Origin: Flaccisagitta enflata
Taxonomy: Eukaryota
Length of the DNA stretch: 64,000 nucleotides
Direction of reading: 5' to 3'
Assembly: GCA_965153355.1 (NCBI GenBank)
Contig: OZ231126.1
Span: 44,020,001 to 44,084,000 of the forward strand
Numbering within the stretch: position 1 is the first letter of the stretch; each line of letters starts with the position of its first letter. Both the position numbers and the translations under genes were made by a program. Positions 1-12,226 of this stretch are shown here, one piece after another. The notes under the pieces were generated by a model. That model worked only from the letters and a program-made list of their open reading frames with translations. It was not told where the DNA came from and searched no databases.

Positions 1-1287
1 ATTTTTGTGAATAAACCTCCAATAAAAACTCTAGAATTGATATCCAGTTTTGATGGATTTTACAAGAATTGATGTAGAGGGTACAAAAATAGACTTTTTT
101 GAATTCTGATTTTTTTGCTATGTCAGAAATTTGACCTGCTATCACCATCGAAGAAATATTGATCTTGCTCTAAAAATTGAGCTCAGAGTAAATTTTCAAA
201 GTTTGATATGAACTGAAACCTATTTGATAAAAGTTCAAGTTCTCAAAGTTTAATGCAAGCGGTTCTTAGAATCCGTTATGCTGCGGGAGCAAAAATTAAC
301 TTTTTTCAAGATCTGATTTTTTTACCAGGTAGAAAATTTGACAAACTATCACAGTCTAAAAAATTATAAAGCTGCTCTGAAAAATGAGCTCACAATATTA
401 TTTTGAAAATTACTGTCTTTTTTTATTTTGCCATGGTTACAAATCAGCGTAGCTTAAAAAATATTCCATGAAATTTTCTGAAATTTTGCATAAACAACCA
501 TCCATCCCTTGGACAAATCCTGGGGAAGTTGTACGGTGATCATGTAATTACTTTGGCCGTGATCGCAAAAAGCATTTTTTTTACGCTATCAAAAACAGGA
601 AATTCATGGAAGTTTTTTGAGGTGTTTATGCATTAGCACATGCTGACACAGGAAGTATCCTCGGATGATATGCCAGGTCATAACACGTCTTTGCTAGTCA
701 TGGTAGCTACGTTTAAGCGAGTTTTCTGGAACCAATATCGTTTCTGTCATTTGCCATGGGCTGCTGATGGCAGGGACCTCCTCCAAACTCAGTAAAGTGA
801 CAACAAGGATGTCATTCATAATCATCTTAAATGACACCAAGGGTCCAAAATTGCGTGGTCGCGCATTCTGCTATCAATACATTTATTTTTATTAAAAAAT
901 TATGAAAAAAAATCATTATCTGTTGGAAGCAGCTCACTGGTAAGGCGATAAATTCCAGTAAGCCTCTGATTAAGAAGAACACTCAAACGTTCCCCAAAAT
1001 TTGGGATGGCCTGAGCGTAAAATGGCGGAAATGCACTGTGCCGGGGGCGCAACAACAACGCCATTTTCCGCTGCGTGTCGATAAAATTTGATTCATTGCA
1101 ATTCCGTGTCGGGGACGGAACGGTAGGACATGGAAGTTTAGTTAGTAGTTTAGTTTTTGAATTAAGAAGAAAGACTTCATTTTTCTCCATTTGTAATGAG
1201 GTTATTATCAGAGAGTTATTCGCGTCAATGTTTCTTTGTCAATCTGTTTGTGTGTTCATCGGTCTTTTAATCAGTTAGTTTCTCTGT

Positions 1288-1354
<67 letters not shown>

Positions 1355-1389
1355 GCGTTGTCGATACAGAGGATATTTGAGATATAATG

Positions 1390-1578
1390 AACAAAGGCCG
1401 ATACACGGCTGCACCCCAGTCGCGGGGTGGGTGGGCAGGGGCCGATTTGCGTCACTTGATCAATTGCAGGGAGAAAGAGGGCTAAAGACTGCAAAAGCCA
1501 AAAAGTAACAAACGGACAGACCCACGGGACTGGACGGACCGACAAAGCAGGGAGTAGAGTCGTAGCATGCGACTAAAA
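1390..1578 (-). mobile_element. Short HINE/DINE-like element
   Basis: The reverse strand reads ttttagtcgc..cgactctac, (gtcc/gtcg)n, ...gccgtgtatcggcctttgtt. A related copy is adjacent at 1639-1774. Confidence 0.6.
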
Positions 1579-1984
1579 GATAAAGCAAAAAAGAAAATGA
1601 TCATAATCAATTTGAAAATATAATCTAGCAATTAGTCAAACAAGGCTGCGAGGCTGATTCAGGGTGATGTGGATCGTCGACTGAATGCGTTACCAACCAA
1701 CTCATTGCACCAACCGCAACCAACCGGACCAACGGACACAGCTGTTGGTAGAGGTGCTTTGTCGCACCTAAAAATACAAATGAAAAAATGAATGAAAGAA
1801 AGGACTACTGAAAGCACAGTAAAGAATGAACAAAGAAATCAGTTTACGAAGATGAAAGAAAGAGCAAGAAAAGTAGAAGATAGGAACAAGACCTCTTTGT
1901 TTTTCGTTTTCCTCACATAATCCTCCTGTCTTCTTCTTTGTCTGTCTTTCTCCAGCATTATTCATCTTTCTAATTTTTTACATT

Positions 1985-2041
<57 letters not shown>

Positions 2042-2189
2042 AATCTTTGAATATGGTTCTGTCTATTGGTCCCACCGCAGCCCTCTAGATGTTATCCTGC
2101 CTGCACAGCGCCCACCAAGGGTTTCCCCATCTCCTGACTCATCCTACTTAGAATATTGACGCAAAGCCACAATGACAACTGCCTTATGT

Positions 2190-2674
2190 CACAGTGCAAA
2201 CGAATACAAAATTTGACAAGTCAAAACGATTTATATGATATTTTTTTTTTTATATATTCAAGGATTTTCTATTGAGATAAAGGATTTGTGGTTGGTGATC
2301 ATCAATTTTTTGCATAGAAAACGTTTTTCTGTACCATATGTTTAGGAAATGTGAGAAAAAAGGATGCAAAATTGATGGATTTTTAATAAAAATCGATTCT
2401 TGTGCATTGACATGTCTCGCGATTCGGTTTTTCACGTGGCAACATCTCATGTTTTCCGTGCAATTATTTTTAAAGAATTCTGTTGTTTCACTAAGTATGC
2501 TGCGACTTTACCAATGCGAGATCAATACCATTGGTCAGTTAACCGGTTTTTAATTAATTTAGGGAGTATCAAGCATGCATAAGACTTTAGTTTTTGTTAT
2601 ATTTCCGCTGCATAGCAGCGTATTCCATCACAGAACAGAACGATTTGTCAAATTTGACGCTGTTCTGCACTACG
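2190..2674. mobile_element. Degenerate MITE with CACAGTG-type end
   Basis: cacagtgcaaac..aaatttgacaa versus ttgtcaaatt..tgcactacg, an imperfect TIR pair. Confidence 0.45.
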
Positions 2675-2765
2675 ACTTACGCTTTATTTGCTGACTGCTG
2701 ACATATCTACAACCACCGAAAGGTCCATACACTGACGTGGTACACAAGTGCAGCTACTAATACAC

Positions 2766-2840
<75 letters not shown>

Positions 2841-3562
2841 AGTAAAGGTCACAATATCAGTACAGGTCCGGGTGGGCAGAAGGTTCAACCTCATCCCCCA
2901 CGCCCACACCAAACATGCACAAAGTAAGACGCTTAGTGCGACAAAGCACCTCTATAACTGGCTGTGTCCGCGCTGGTCGGTCGGTTGCTTATCGGTCGAA
3001 AATGCATTTCTCCGTTCGTCGATCCACATATCGTAATTCTGCTGGCCTCATTTGGCTCATTTTCCAGACTTTCGACCGATCACAACGGAACAACAGACCA
3101 ACGGACCGACGGACAAAGCGTGTTCGCAACTGGGGTGAACAATGCTTATTCCTTATGTTGTAATCTAGGCAAAAATGTTCCATAGCTTTTTGCGTGCGTC
3201 CTCGCACACCAAAACGCACTGACAGTCCTAAGGAACTTCATGATAGAGAAAATAGCTTAGTCATTAATCTTGATATATTTTAATATTGTTCTTGTTGTAG
3301 ATGTTAAAAATACTTTGATGTTCTTAGCACGCTCCTGAATTTTCAAGATTTTTAGCCTAACATTCATTCATTCATTTATTTATAAAAATGTGTTTTTGAA
3401 AAAATTAGGTCAAGATCAGAATTTGATGCTCATTTTTCATGATTGATAATTTGGGGGTTCTCTATAATCCTTGATTTGAACCAATTGCATTTCGAAAATG
3501 AAAACAAATGATTAGCATGTTATCATGAAGTCAGTATATTGAAACAGTTTTTTTTCTTTTTC

Positions 3563-3731
3563 TTTTTAGTTGCGGACACGCAACTCCATAAGAGGCTTCA
3601 TCCGTCGGTCCGTCCATCCGTCCATCGGTCTGTCGGTCCGCCCGCAATGATCAAGTTCGAAAGTGTGAAAACGCGCATTTCCGCCCCTGCCCACCCGTCC
3701 GAAACTGGTTGGCCGTGTATCCGGCCTTGTT
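3563..3731 (+). mobile_element. Short HINE/DINE-like element
   Basis: tttttagttgcggacacgcaact hairpin, (gtcc)n, end tggccgtgtatccggccttgtt; near-identical copy at 53022-53183. Confidence 0.7.
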
Positions 3732-4832
3732 TTTCTAAGATCTCAAATCTGATCTCAGATCCAGATAGAAGCCTATCAAACCCCAATCAGCCCTCTCCAA
3801 CAGCTCTCAATCAGCTTCTCAAACCCTCATTGGTCAAAATCTCCTCCAGGCCCAGATCTATCCCCTCTGGCCACAACAAATCAGTGGAATCATAAGTCAT
3901 CGGTGATCGGTCCCTCCGGGGCAGCTGCCTACCTCTTCATTTTATCCTCACATACACTAACATAGCACTGTGGGCTGCATTGTGCGCTAGGTGGCTCATT
4001 GGGGATTAACATTACATGTTTTCCCTTACATTGTTCCTTATGAAATATAAAGAGTGAAAAACATTTTTCTGCATATTTTCAGATGTTATGAAACTATTCA
4101 TATCCAATATTGACTCATTTCTATTGGATTAAGAGCTTTATGAGCTTAGAGTACAAAAGAAGAGAAATTTGAGAAAATAAAGTGAAAAATACTGCTAAAC
4201 TCTCTTACATTTAGTATTTGAATTGTCTAATGTTTTGACCAAATAAATTAAATTTTTGTCTTTGTTCAATAAGATGCCTTAATAAGGTGCTCAAAAAAAA
4301 TCATTTTTTTGCTCATTTAGCTCATTTTGCTCATTTTTCTTTCAATCAAATAAAGATTTTTGCTTTTATCCACATTATTAGTTGTCCATTTTAAGCCAAG
4401 AAAATCGTAATTTGGACGTCGAAGGCCCGCTTGAGCCATAGCATTCTGGATTCAGGAACCCTTGAACTACATTTTGGCATAGGTGGCTCATTGTGCGTCC
4501 TTTTGCGATTTTTTATAATTATAGGGTAATAAAAGCATGCAAATTAGGTCAAATATGTGGTAATAGTAGACTAATTCAATAGTGCTAAAAATGTAAAAAA
4601 TAATGATTTTTAAAATTTTTCCAGATATTTAAACATTAATGAAGGAATCCAATCCAATATTGAAGATATCATGAGCTTTTTGAAATCTTAACAGATAATC
4701 AAAAAGATACATTGATTTTTCTTGAAATTTAGCATTTTTCGTAGTAATGTCCACTTAGGTCGCCTTTTCTTCACTCTAAATTGCCATAAAACCTGTCATA
4801 TGGACCGGTAATATATACTCAAATGCTACGCT

Positions 4833-6198
4833 GTGGCAGCTGAAAGGAGTGACAGTATCAATCCTGAAACTATTTTCAAGCATGAATTAATCACCATTCC
4901 AAAGGCTCTTGCAAAAACACCTGAATTGCTGCATGAAGCCCAAAAATCCACTCTTGCTGACGCAATATGGTCAACTGTTAATCAAAATGCAGCCTCTGTC
5001 CCAGATGGTGTCAGGTATGTACTAGATGGAGGTGCTCTCCTACACAGGATTCATTGGTCACGTGGCTCTACTAATAAAGGCATTTTAGAAACCTACAGCA
5101 ATTATGTAGGCACCAACTATGGAGAAGCTGTGGTGGTTTTTGATGGTTACAAAGAATTTACAACCAAAGATATGACTCACAAGCGCAGTCTGAAGGGAAA
5201 AAAGGGAGTGAGTGTTACATTCAGTCTGGACATGAGTCTTAGTGTCACAAAAGAGGCATTCCTTAATGACCCAAAAAACAAACAGCAATTCATCGATTTT
5301 CTTGGCACAAAGCTCACAAATCAAGGTAGCCATGTTTTCCATGACCAAGCAGATGCGGACCTGTTCATTGTTCAAAAGGCAATTGAGTCTGCAGAATTCA
5401 TGGATACAGTATTTATTGGAGATGATACAGACTTACTCGTCGTCTTGTTACACCACATGCCTCCACACAGCAAGAATATCTTTTTTGCCTCAGATTGCAA
5501 AAAAATATACAAAAGGACGAGTGTGAAACATTTAAAGAGGTCCAAGCAAAACTGGGCACTTTTGTATGCAAACACATACCAATTCTGCACACATTTTTAG
5601 GTTGTGACACAACATCACATTTGTTTTGTATAGAAAAAGGGTCCATTCTCAAAAAATTCAAGGAAAATAAATCCCTTCAGCAAGCAGCAACAGTTTTTGA
5701 CATTTCAATGCCACTAAGGCCCAAATTGACAAAGCTGGCGAAGCTGCATTTATCGTGATGTACAATGGAAAGAAATCAGATACCTTGGATAGCCTTCGAT
5801 ACAAAAAGTATTGTGACAAGGTGGCTACAAGCTTGACACAAGTGGACCCAAAATCATTGCCTCCAACCTCTGCTGCTGCTAAATTTCTTAGCAGGCGAGT
5901 GTTTTTGCAAGTAAATCAATGGAAAGATCCCCAATGTGATTTGCTAGCTGAGGAGTGGGGATGGATCCTCAAAGACACAGGGTTGCATCCGGTACTGACA
6001 GATATGCCACCAGCTCCTGCTGAGCTTTAAAAGATCATAAAGTGCAACTGTACTACTGATTGTGGAACTGCTCGATGCACCTGCAAAAAACATGGAATGA
6101 AATGCTCAATGGCTTGCGGGCATTGTCGTGGCTCTTCATGTTCAAATACAATTGCTTTTGTAGAAGATGAAGATAACGGCGACTCTGGAGAAGACTAG
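4833..6198 (+). pseudogene. Decayed C-terminal half of an Academ-type transposon protein (XPG/PIN-like nuclease plus Cys cluster)
   Basis: Motifs LDGGALLH, VVFDGY, DADLFIV, GDDTDLLV, HTFLGCDTTS, LPPTS, WGW and CNCTTDCGTARCTCKKHGMKCSMACGHCRGSSC. Two frameshifts (~5500, ~5750) and a stop at 6028-6030. Confidence 0.8.
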
Positions 6199-6344
6199 AA
6201 TCAAATAAATTGATGTATTAACAAGTTTTTACAGCTTTTTGTCATTGTTCCAATAGATTATTTTTTTACCATCATAATATTGTTTTTTTTTTCTGAGATA
6301 TGAAAGATGTTGATTGAGAGACATTGCACATATGGTGAAAGTTG

Positions 6345-6460
6345 ATGGAAGAAAAACATTTTGTTTGGGAACTCATATGATGTTTTTAATGATAAAAACA
6401 GTTTTTATCATTAAAAAAAAAAAATCATATGAGTTCCCAAACAAAATGTTTTTCTTCCAT
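6345..6460. repeat. About 55-bp-arm palindrome in the 3' region of the Academ-like element
   Basis: atggaagaaaaacattttgtttgggaactcatatgatgtttttaatgataaaaac, one spacer base, then its reverse complement (one A-run differs here). The copy at 27640-27750 is perfect. Confidence 0.9.
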
Positions 6461-6874
6461 ATGAAAGATGTAAAAAATAAGAGAGATGAGTTAACATTTA
6501 TAGTGTATAGGAAGCAGTTGACGAGCTACTCCAGGACACCTCTACATGTTGAGATGACATTTTAACATAAAAAGATATCTTAGCTAAGTATTGATATGAA
6601 ATTTATACTTTACATGTTAAGTTTTTCCTATTATTTCATTTATTTCTTGTTTATTGGAAGATCGATTTTGGCGAATTTTCGCCTATTTCACATGTACTTA
6701 CAAACATCCCAACCAACCGCTTTGCATTAATAATTTTTCAGTCAACTTCTTTTCTTAGCTCAGTAGACACTATGCACAGTGCAAAACCACCAAACTACCA
6801 AAAAACCCAGGGATACAATTTTTCTAAGGTGGTTTTTGTTAAATCCCTCTATATCTATATGTGAAGTGGTTAGA

Positions 6875-8180
6875 GGGGCAGCAGCCCCGAAGGGGCTGAT
6901 GACCTAAGCTTAGTAAGTCTCTGGGATAAGGGCTCCAAAGCTAGGATTTGGGCCCCAAGGCTGGGATTTGGGTCTCAAGGCTGGGATTTGGGTTTCAAGG
7001 CTAGAATTTTGGTCTTTAGGCTGGGTTTATGGTCTCATGGTTGGGTTTTTGGGAAGCGGCCCCGAAGGGGATGAAGCCCTGTAGAACACAGGGGGACTTT
7101 TGTTCGTCCGTCCATTCGTCCATTCGTCCGTGCGTCCCCCCTCCCCCGGCCCCCTCATCAGGCCCCCTCAGGCCTCAAATCTGGCTTCTGAGACCTCAAA
7201 TCTGGCCTCTCAGGCCTCAAATTAAGCCTCTCAGGCCTGAAATCTGTCCTCTCAGGCCAAAAATCTGCCCTATCAGGCCTTAAAATCTGTCTTCTCAGGC
7301 CTTGAATCTGCCCTCTCAAGCCAGAAATATGCCCTCTCAGGCCTGAATTCTGGCCTCTTAGGCCCTGAAATCCGCCCTCTCAGGGCCTTGAATCTGCCCT
7401 CTCAGGCCCAAAATCTGTCCTCTCAGGCCTTGAATCTGTGACCCTCTCAGGCCCGCAAGTCACCCTCCCAGACCCTGAAATCTGCCCTCTCAGGCCCTGA
7501 AATCTATCCTCTCAGGCCTTGAATTTGCCCTCTCAGGCCTTGAATCTGCCCTCTAAGGCCTGACATCTGCCTGCTCAGATTCAAGGTCTGAGAGGATTGG
7601 TTTCAGGGCCTGAGAGGGCTGATTTCAGGCCTGGGAAGGCTGAGCTCACGGCTGAGGGCCTGAGAGATGGATGGATGGATGGACGGACCGACGGATGAAC
7701 AAAAGTCCCCCTGTGTTCTAAAGGACTTCGTCCCCCTTGGGGCCGCTGCCCTGCTTCCTCTCACTCCATTTCCCAATCATGCAAAGCAGGGCAACGGGTA
7801 TCGCTGACCACATATTGCCCTTGGGCGACCTGTTGGCATCTAGGCTGGGATTTGGGCCTAAAGGTCTGGGATTTGGGCCTCAAGACTGGGATTTGAGCCT
7901 CAAGGCTGGGATTTGAGTCAAAGGCTGGGATTTGGACCTTAAGGCTGGATTTTGGGCGTAAAGGCTGGGATTTGGGCCGCCAAGGCTGGGATTTGAGCCT
8001 CGGGCTAGGATTTGGGCTTCAAGGCTGGGATTTGGGCTTCAAGGTTGGGATTTGGGCCTCATGGCCAGGACTTAGGCCATGAGGATGGGGGGGGGAAAAG
8101 GACGGACCGAGAAAGAGAAAAAGAGGGAGAAATTTCTGCTTGTGTGAAAGCATAGGTCCTTTGGGGCTGCTGCCCAAAAG
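6875..8180. repeat. Nested composite interspersed repeat with ~20-bp tandem arrays
   Basis: Head gggcagc(a/g)gccccgaagggg..ctgtagaacacagggg, (gtcc)n, arrays ggctgggatttgggcctcaa and ctctcaggcctgaaatctgcc, tail cagggcaacgggta..gctgacc. The same family occurs at ~48500-48870, 51490-51890 and 59520-61135. Confidence 0.8.
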
Positions 8181-8205
8181 GAAAAATACAGAAAAGTGCT
8201 AAATA

Positions 8206-8571
8206 CAAGGTGTGAACCCCTTAAAAGCTGTAGAACCACCATCTACAGCACTAACCAAATACATTACAGAGATTTTTGGAGTAAAGAAAGAATTTTTGTA
8301 TCCGTACAAATAGCGCCACAAGAGCGATTTTGAATTTTTGACCTCTAACTTAAGATATTGCTTATAAAAGTGTTAAAATTAGTTATATTTAATTATTTAT
8401 GATATCAAGGATTTTATGCTATAACTCTAAATTGGAGTGGAAATTTCAAAATCCCCTTGGTGGCGCCACTTGTATAGTTCTAAACTATGATTTACAACCC
8501 AGCACAAACTATTCATTGCTGTAGTTTGATCTGTAAGGGGGGTGCTGCAGTTTTAGGGGGTTCACACCTTG
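8206..8571. mobile_element. Tc1/mariner-type MITE (mirror copy at 25885-26250)
   Basis: TA-caaggtgtgaacccc...ggggttcacaccttg-TA, with further internal inverted matches. Confidence 0.8.
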
Positions 8572-9084
8572 TAATAACCCTTCCTCTGTAAAAAGGTTGA
8601 AATGTGAGAACCTTTGTTCTCTCATTGATAACATGTTGAATGAAATTTTACTTCCATGCAGATGTGCCTTCATACAAGCAGTGACGGCGACCATCTAGCT
8701 CCGCTTATCGCACCAATGTTGTGGTTTAACTTGGCCACTTCCTCAGGCGGATAATTCCCAAACAAAGCGTAATTAAATTAGATGAAAAACTTGTGGATGA
8801 AATAAACATGGCATTTAGACTGCTAGAATCTGACTGAGAAAAAATCTGTGTCATAGCTGATATACCAATGTTGTTTGGTTTAAAGCTTTGTAATCTCCAT
8901 GTAAAACAGATTGATCTTTGATTATTCTGTGACAAAGTTCTGTTGTTTCTTCTATCATACGCTGAATTATCTCCGTTCTCTAGGGCGGAATTGTGCGTAA
9001 CTAAGGTATAATGGCTCTTTGGAATAACAGATATCACATTTTTGCACACAACTATAGGTTTTGGTGTGTAGTTCATGCGTTAGT

Positions 9085-9176
<92 letters not shown>

Positions 9177-9199
9177 CCCGCCCATCCACGTTCTAGAAG

Positions 9200-9800
9200 T
9201 GTTCTAAGTGCAATCCATTTTTTGCACTAACTTACATCAACATTGGAGCAATGCTGCTTCTAAAATAATTGAGCTAATGTCCTCAACTCATTTTAAAGAG
9301 CAGATGTAGCTCTAAGTTGAGGTCATTAGCTCAATTCGTTTGTGAGATATAAGCTTTCAAAGTTGCATAAGTGAAATCCATGTTTTGCTCAAACTAGCAT
9401 CAACTTAGGAGCAATGCTGCTTCTAAATAAATTGAGCTAATGACCTCAACTTGGACTCATTCTAAAGAGCTGCGTCAACTGTTTGAAATGAGCCCAAGTT
9501 GAGGTCATTGGCTCAATTCATTTAAAAGATATGAGCTAATAAAGATAGGGGTGTCTGACCAATACCAAAATCCCATAATACCACAATCTTATCTCTAACT
9601 TGGGAGGGTAATGGACAAAAAAATTAGAGCTAGATTTTTTTTGCGACGGTTTTCCCATATGCGGGGGACAGTTTGGGGGTGGAATGTGGAAAAATTGGAG
9701 GGCGACCATTCTCAAATACCTGTAACATGTCCCTACAAGGGGTGTACCGACGGGCGGACGGACCGACACTGTCTTCAGCCGCGCTGCTTTCATTCCACAC
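9200..9800. repeat. Interspersed repeat with recurring inverted aattgagctaatgacctcaact modules
   Basis: Same modules at 24750-25300 (mirror) and 31850-32190 (independent copy). Confidence 0.7.
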
Positions 9801-9802
9801 AG

Positions 9803-10769
9803 GCATCTCGGGCGAAGTACGTTTAGAATTCAAAAATCGAAGCGACATTTATTTTTGTATGAGGAAAGGGACAGAGCCCGCGTTTTGTTACATCCGTCAC
9901 GAGAAGGACACGGCTCGATATTTTGTACGAGAAAATGAGAAACAATGGTAGGTCGATGTGTGGTTGTGATGGGTTGATTGTTGTGCATTTGTCAATTGTC
10001 ACGGTTTCGTTCATGTGGCGTAAGGTAACATTTTTCAGACGATTCTTAATTTCCACTTTCAGGTATTATAGTCGCGTCCAAGACCTAACTCCCAAAGAAA
10101 TCGCTGAAAAATACGGTCTAGGAAAAAAGTACGTCTGTGCTTATCATGATATCAGAGATTGAGTTCCGAGAGCCCCCCAAAAAATATTTTAAAGTAATTT
10201 TAAATCTGACGGCGTATACACTTTATTCCAGTGTCGCCGAAACCATAAACCGCGGCGCTACCCAATGGAGAGAACGAATGGAGCAGCAAAACCAACGACC
10301 CGACGATGCGCTGCCATCCGAGACCCTAGACGCGCAGGAAACGACGGAGGAGGAGGAGGAAGAGGAGGAGATTACGCGGCTAACAGCGAATGATAAACCA
10401 GATGTGATAGAGGAGGAACCACTGATTCGAGAAGTGGGAGAATCTTCTCTGGCCGCAGAGGCGCTGATCGCAAATGAATCTCTTCCGCAAATCGAACCTG
10501 AATCTGACAATCCGATTTCCACGTTACCCGAAGCAAACGAGGTGATGCGCCTATCGAGTGAGAAACCGGATGGAGGCCGTCAATCAGGGATTGTCTCGTC
10601 CGTTTTACCTCCAACACGACCTCTTCGGCCGATTCATCCTAAAATTTATTTCTCGCCAATTTATTTCTCGCCGCAGTCCCTTTCCGCGATTGGCTTGACT
10701 CGAATTCAACCAATCTTGCTGTCTCAACCGTCTCCGTCTTCATCGCCAGAATCGAAACCGACTCCGTGA
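9803..10769 (+). CDS. Putative spliced gene fragment of unknown function (3 exons, 5' end not found)
   Basis: Exons 9803-9947, 10063-10128 and 10232-10769 join in frame through two short phase-2 introns (GTAGGT..ctttcag, GTACGT..ttccag): ...ISGEVRLEFKNRSDIYFCMRKGTEPAFCYIRHEKDTARYFVRENEKQWYYSRVQDLTPKEIAEKYGLGKNVAETINRGATQWRERMEQQ..., then an acidic, Pro/Ser-rich tail. Confidence 0.5.
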
Positions 10770-11315
10770 TCAGTTAGAATCAGCTCGGTTAACGTAACTT
10801 TGATGAAAGATCGTAATCGTCAAGTTGCCAACTTAGTCAAACGGTTAGAATTACTCAACTATACAAAATCATCGACCAAACAATCGCGACAAGCGGAATG
10901 TATGCATTTCGTATAATCGCTAATTCAGTTTTATTCTGAAGCCAGCGAGCTATGACGCTTATTGCAGCGGCAGTGGCGGCGGCGTTGGCGGCGGTTTGCT
11001 AAGGCTTTCGCCATGAAGTTGGTTCAAATCATCTTCTGCAGCCTCCATGGCTATCTTACCAGATCAGGAAACCAAAACTAATCTTTGTGTCTAAATGCTT
11101 AAAAGCAATTACTACAAATTTTGCAATTGAATTGACACATGTAAAATTCGAGTCAAAAAAGATTTCTCCACTGTTATAAATTGTTTTGGAATTGATTTTG
11201 AATGACATTTTTCATCTCTTTTGAATACATAAATCGAGCGAATGGTGGGCGCGAGCCTGTGACAAAGAGCCATGGGAATTCTGTAGATAGCTTCTAACCT
11301 CAACTACCTAAAATC

Positions 11316-11441
11316 TTTTTAGGTGCGACAAAGCACCTCTATAACTGGCTGTGTCCGTTGGTTGGTTGGTTTGTCTATCTGTCTGTAACGGATTCCTTCG
11401 ACGATCAACACGTCGCACCTATTGGCCTACTTGGCCTTGTT
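11316..11441 (+). mobile_element. Short HINE/DINE-like element upstream of the gasdermin
   Basis: tttttaggtgcgacaaagcacct...ttggcctacttggccttgtt; same family at 2933-3060 and 39728-40440. Confidence 0.7.
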
Positions 11442-11764
11442 CTTTCAAAATTCCCTGAAATTGTCTTCAAAAGAGCAACGGGTTTTTCACCCAACTCACC
11501 CGCCGTGGCGTGTATTTGAGGAATTGACTCGAACAATTGGCCCGCATTCTTTCAAAAGTGTTAGTCATTGCAGCGGAATTCTATGAATGACGACTGGCTA
11601 GGGCGTTGAAGGCCTCAGAAATTACAGGTCGTTGGTGCAATAGCATCGGTTTGACAGTTTCGCATTCCGTTGTGTGGAGAAACTGAGGAACTGTATACAG
11701 AGAAGATACAGAAAGTTCGAAAGAAAAGGTTTTACTATTTCTTCAGTGTATCTACTACATCATC

Positions 11765-11963
11765 ATGTTCGAAGCGGCGTCTGAGTCGTTTGTCAAAGCG
11801 ATCGGAAGTGAAACCTTGATTCCGATTACGTCCATCGATCGAGCGGACAATTGTCAACCACTGCACGTCGTCGTCAAGAAAAAGAGATACTGGATATGGC
11901 AATCGCCGAAATATCAACCTACCGCTTTCTCATTGCAAGAGATTTTAACCGAGTCTAGCAAAG
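11765..11963 (+). CDS. GSDME: Gasdermin coding exon 1
   Basis: ATG at 11765; encodes MFEAASESFVK...VVKKKRYWIWQSPKY...; donor AAG/GTGAGG at 11964 (phase 1); candidate upstream acceptor tttcttcag ending at 11746. Confidence 0.92.
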
Positions 11964-12160
11964 GTGAGGATTATTATCAGCTTGTGTGTGCGTGTTTTAC
12001 TGCAAACTCTGACTCCCATCCCCCAACCCTTCCACAAACCATCAAGTTCATTGACATTGTTTCCCGCCATCACTCCGACTCAATCCATCGTAATGTGCGA
12101 AATTGCGCTTTATAATATTCCGTCAGTGACGCTGTCAAAAACTGAATTCCCGATTTAACC

Positions 12161-12226
<66 letters not shown>

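Larger units (their letters stand above)
4833..6851 (+). mobile_element. 5'-truncated Academ-like DNA transposon with its 3' TIR
   Basis: The ORF remnant is followed by a 3' region ending ...AAATCCCTCTA. The 6680-6851 segment corresponds to the TIR present at both ends of the right-arm copy. Confidence 0.65.

Noticed and set aside
3966-6781. CACTGTG...CACAGTG pair suggesting a Transib/ProtoRAG-like element with RSS-like heptamers
   Set aside because: The match does not extend beyond the heptamer. The second heptamer lies inside the Academ TIR, and the enclosed protein is not RAG/Transib-like.
8600-9076. 116-aa minus-strand ORF, or a decayed coding remnant on the plus strand
   Set aside because: No recognisable motif and stops on the plus strand. 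Its duplication is explained by the palindrome.
11964-12115. Read-through of gasdermin exon 1 as a 116-aa single-exon protein
   Set aside because: Homology stops at a strong donor (11964) and resumes in the next exon.
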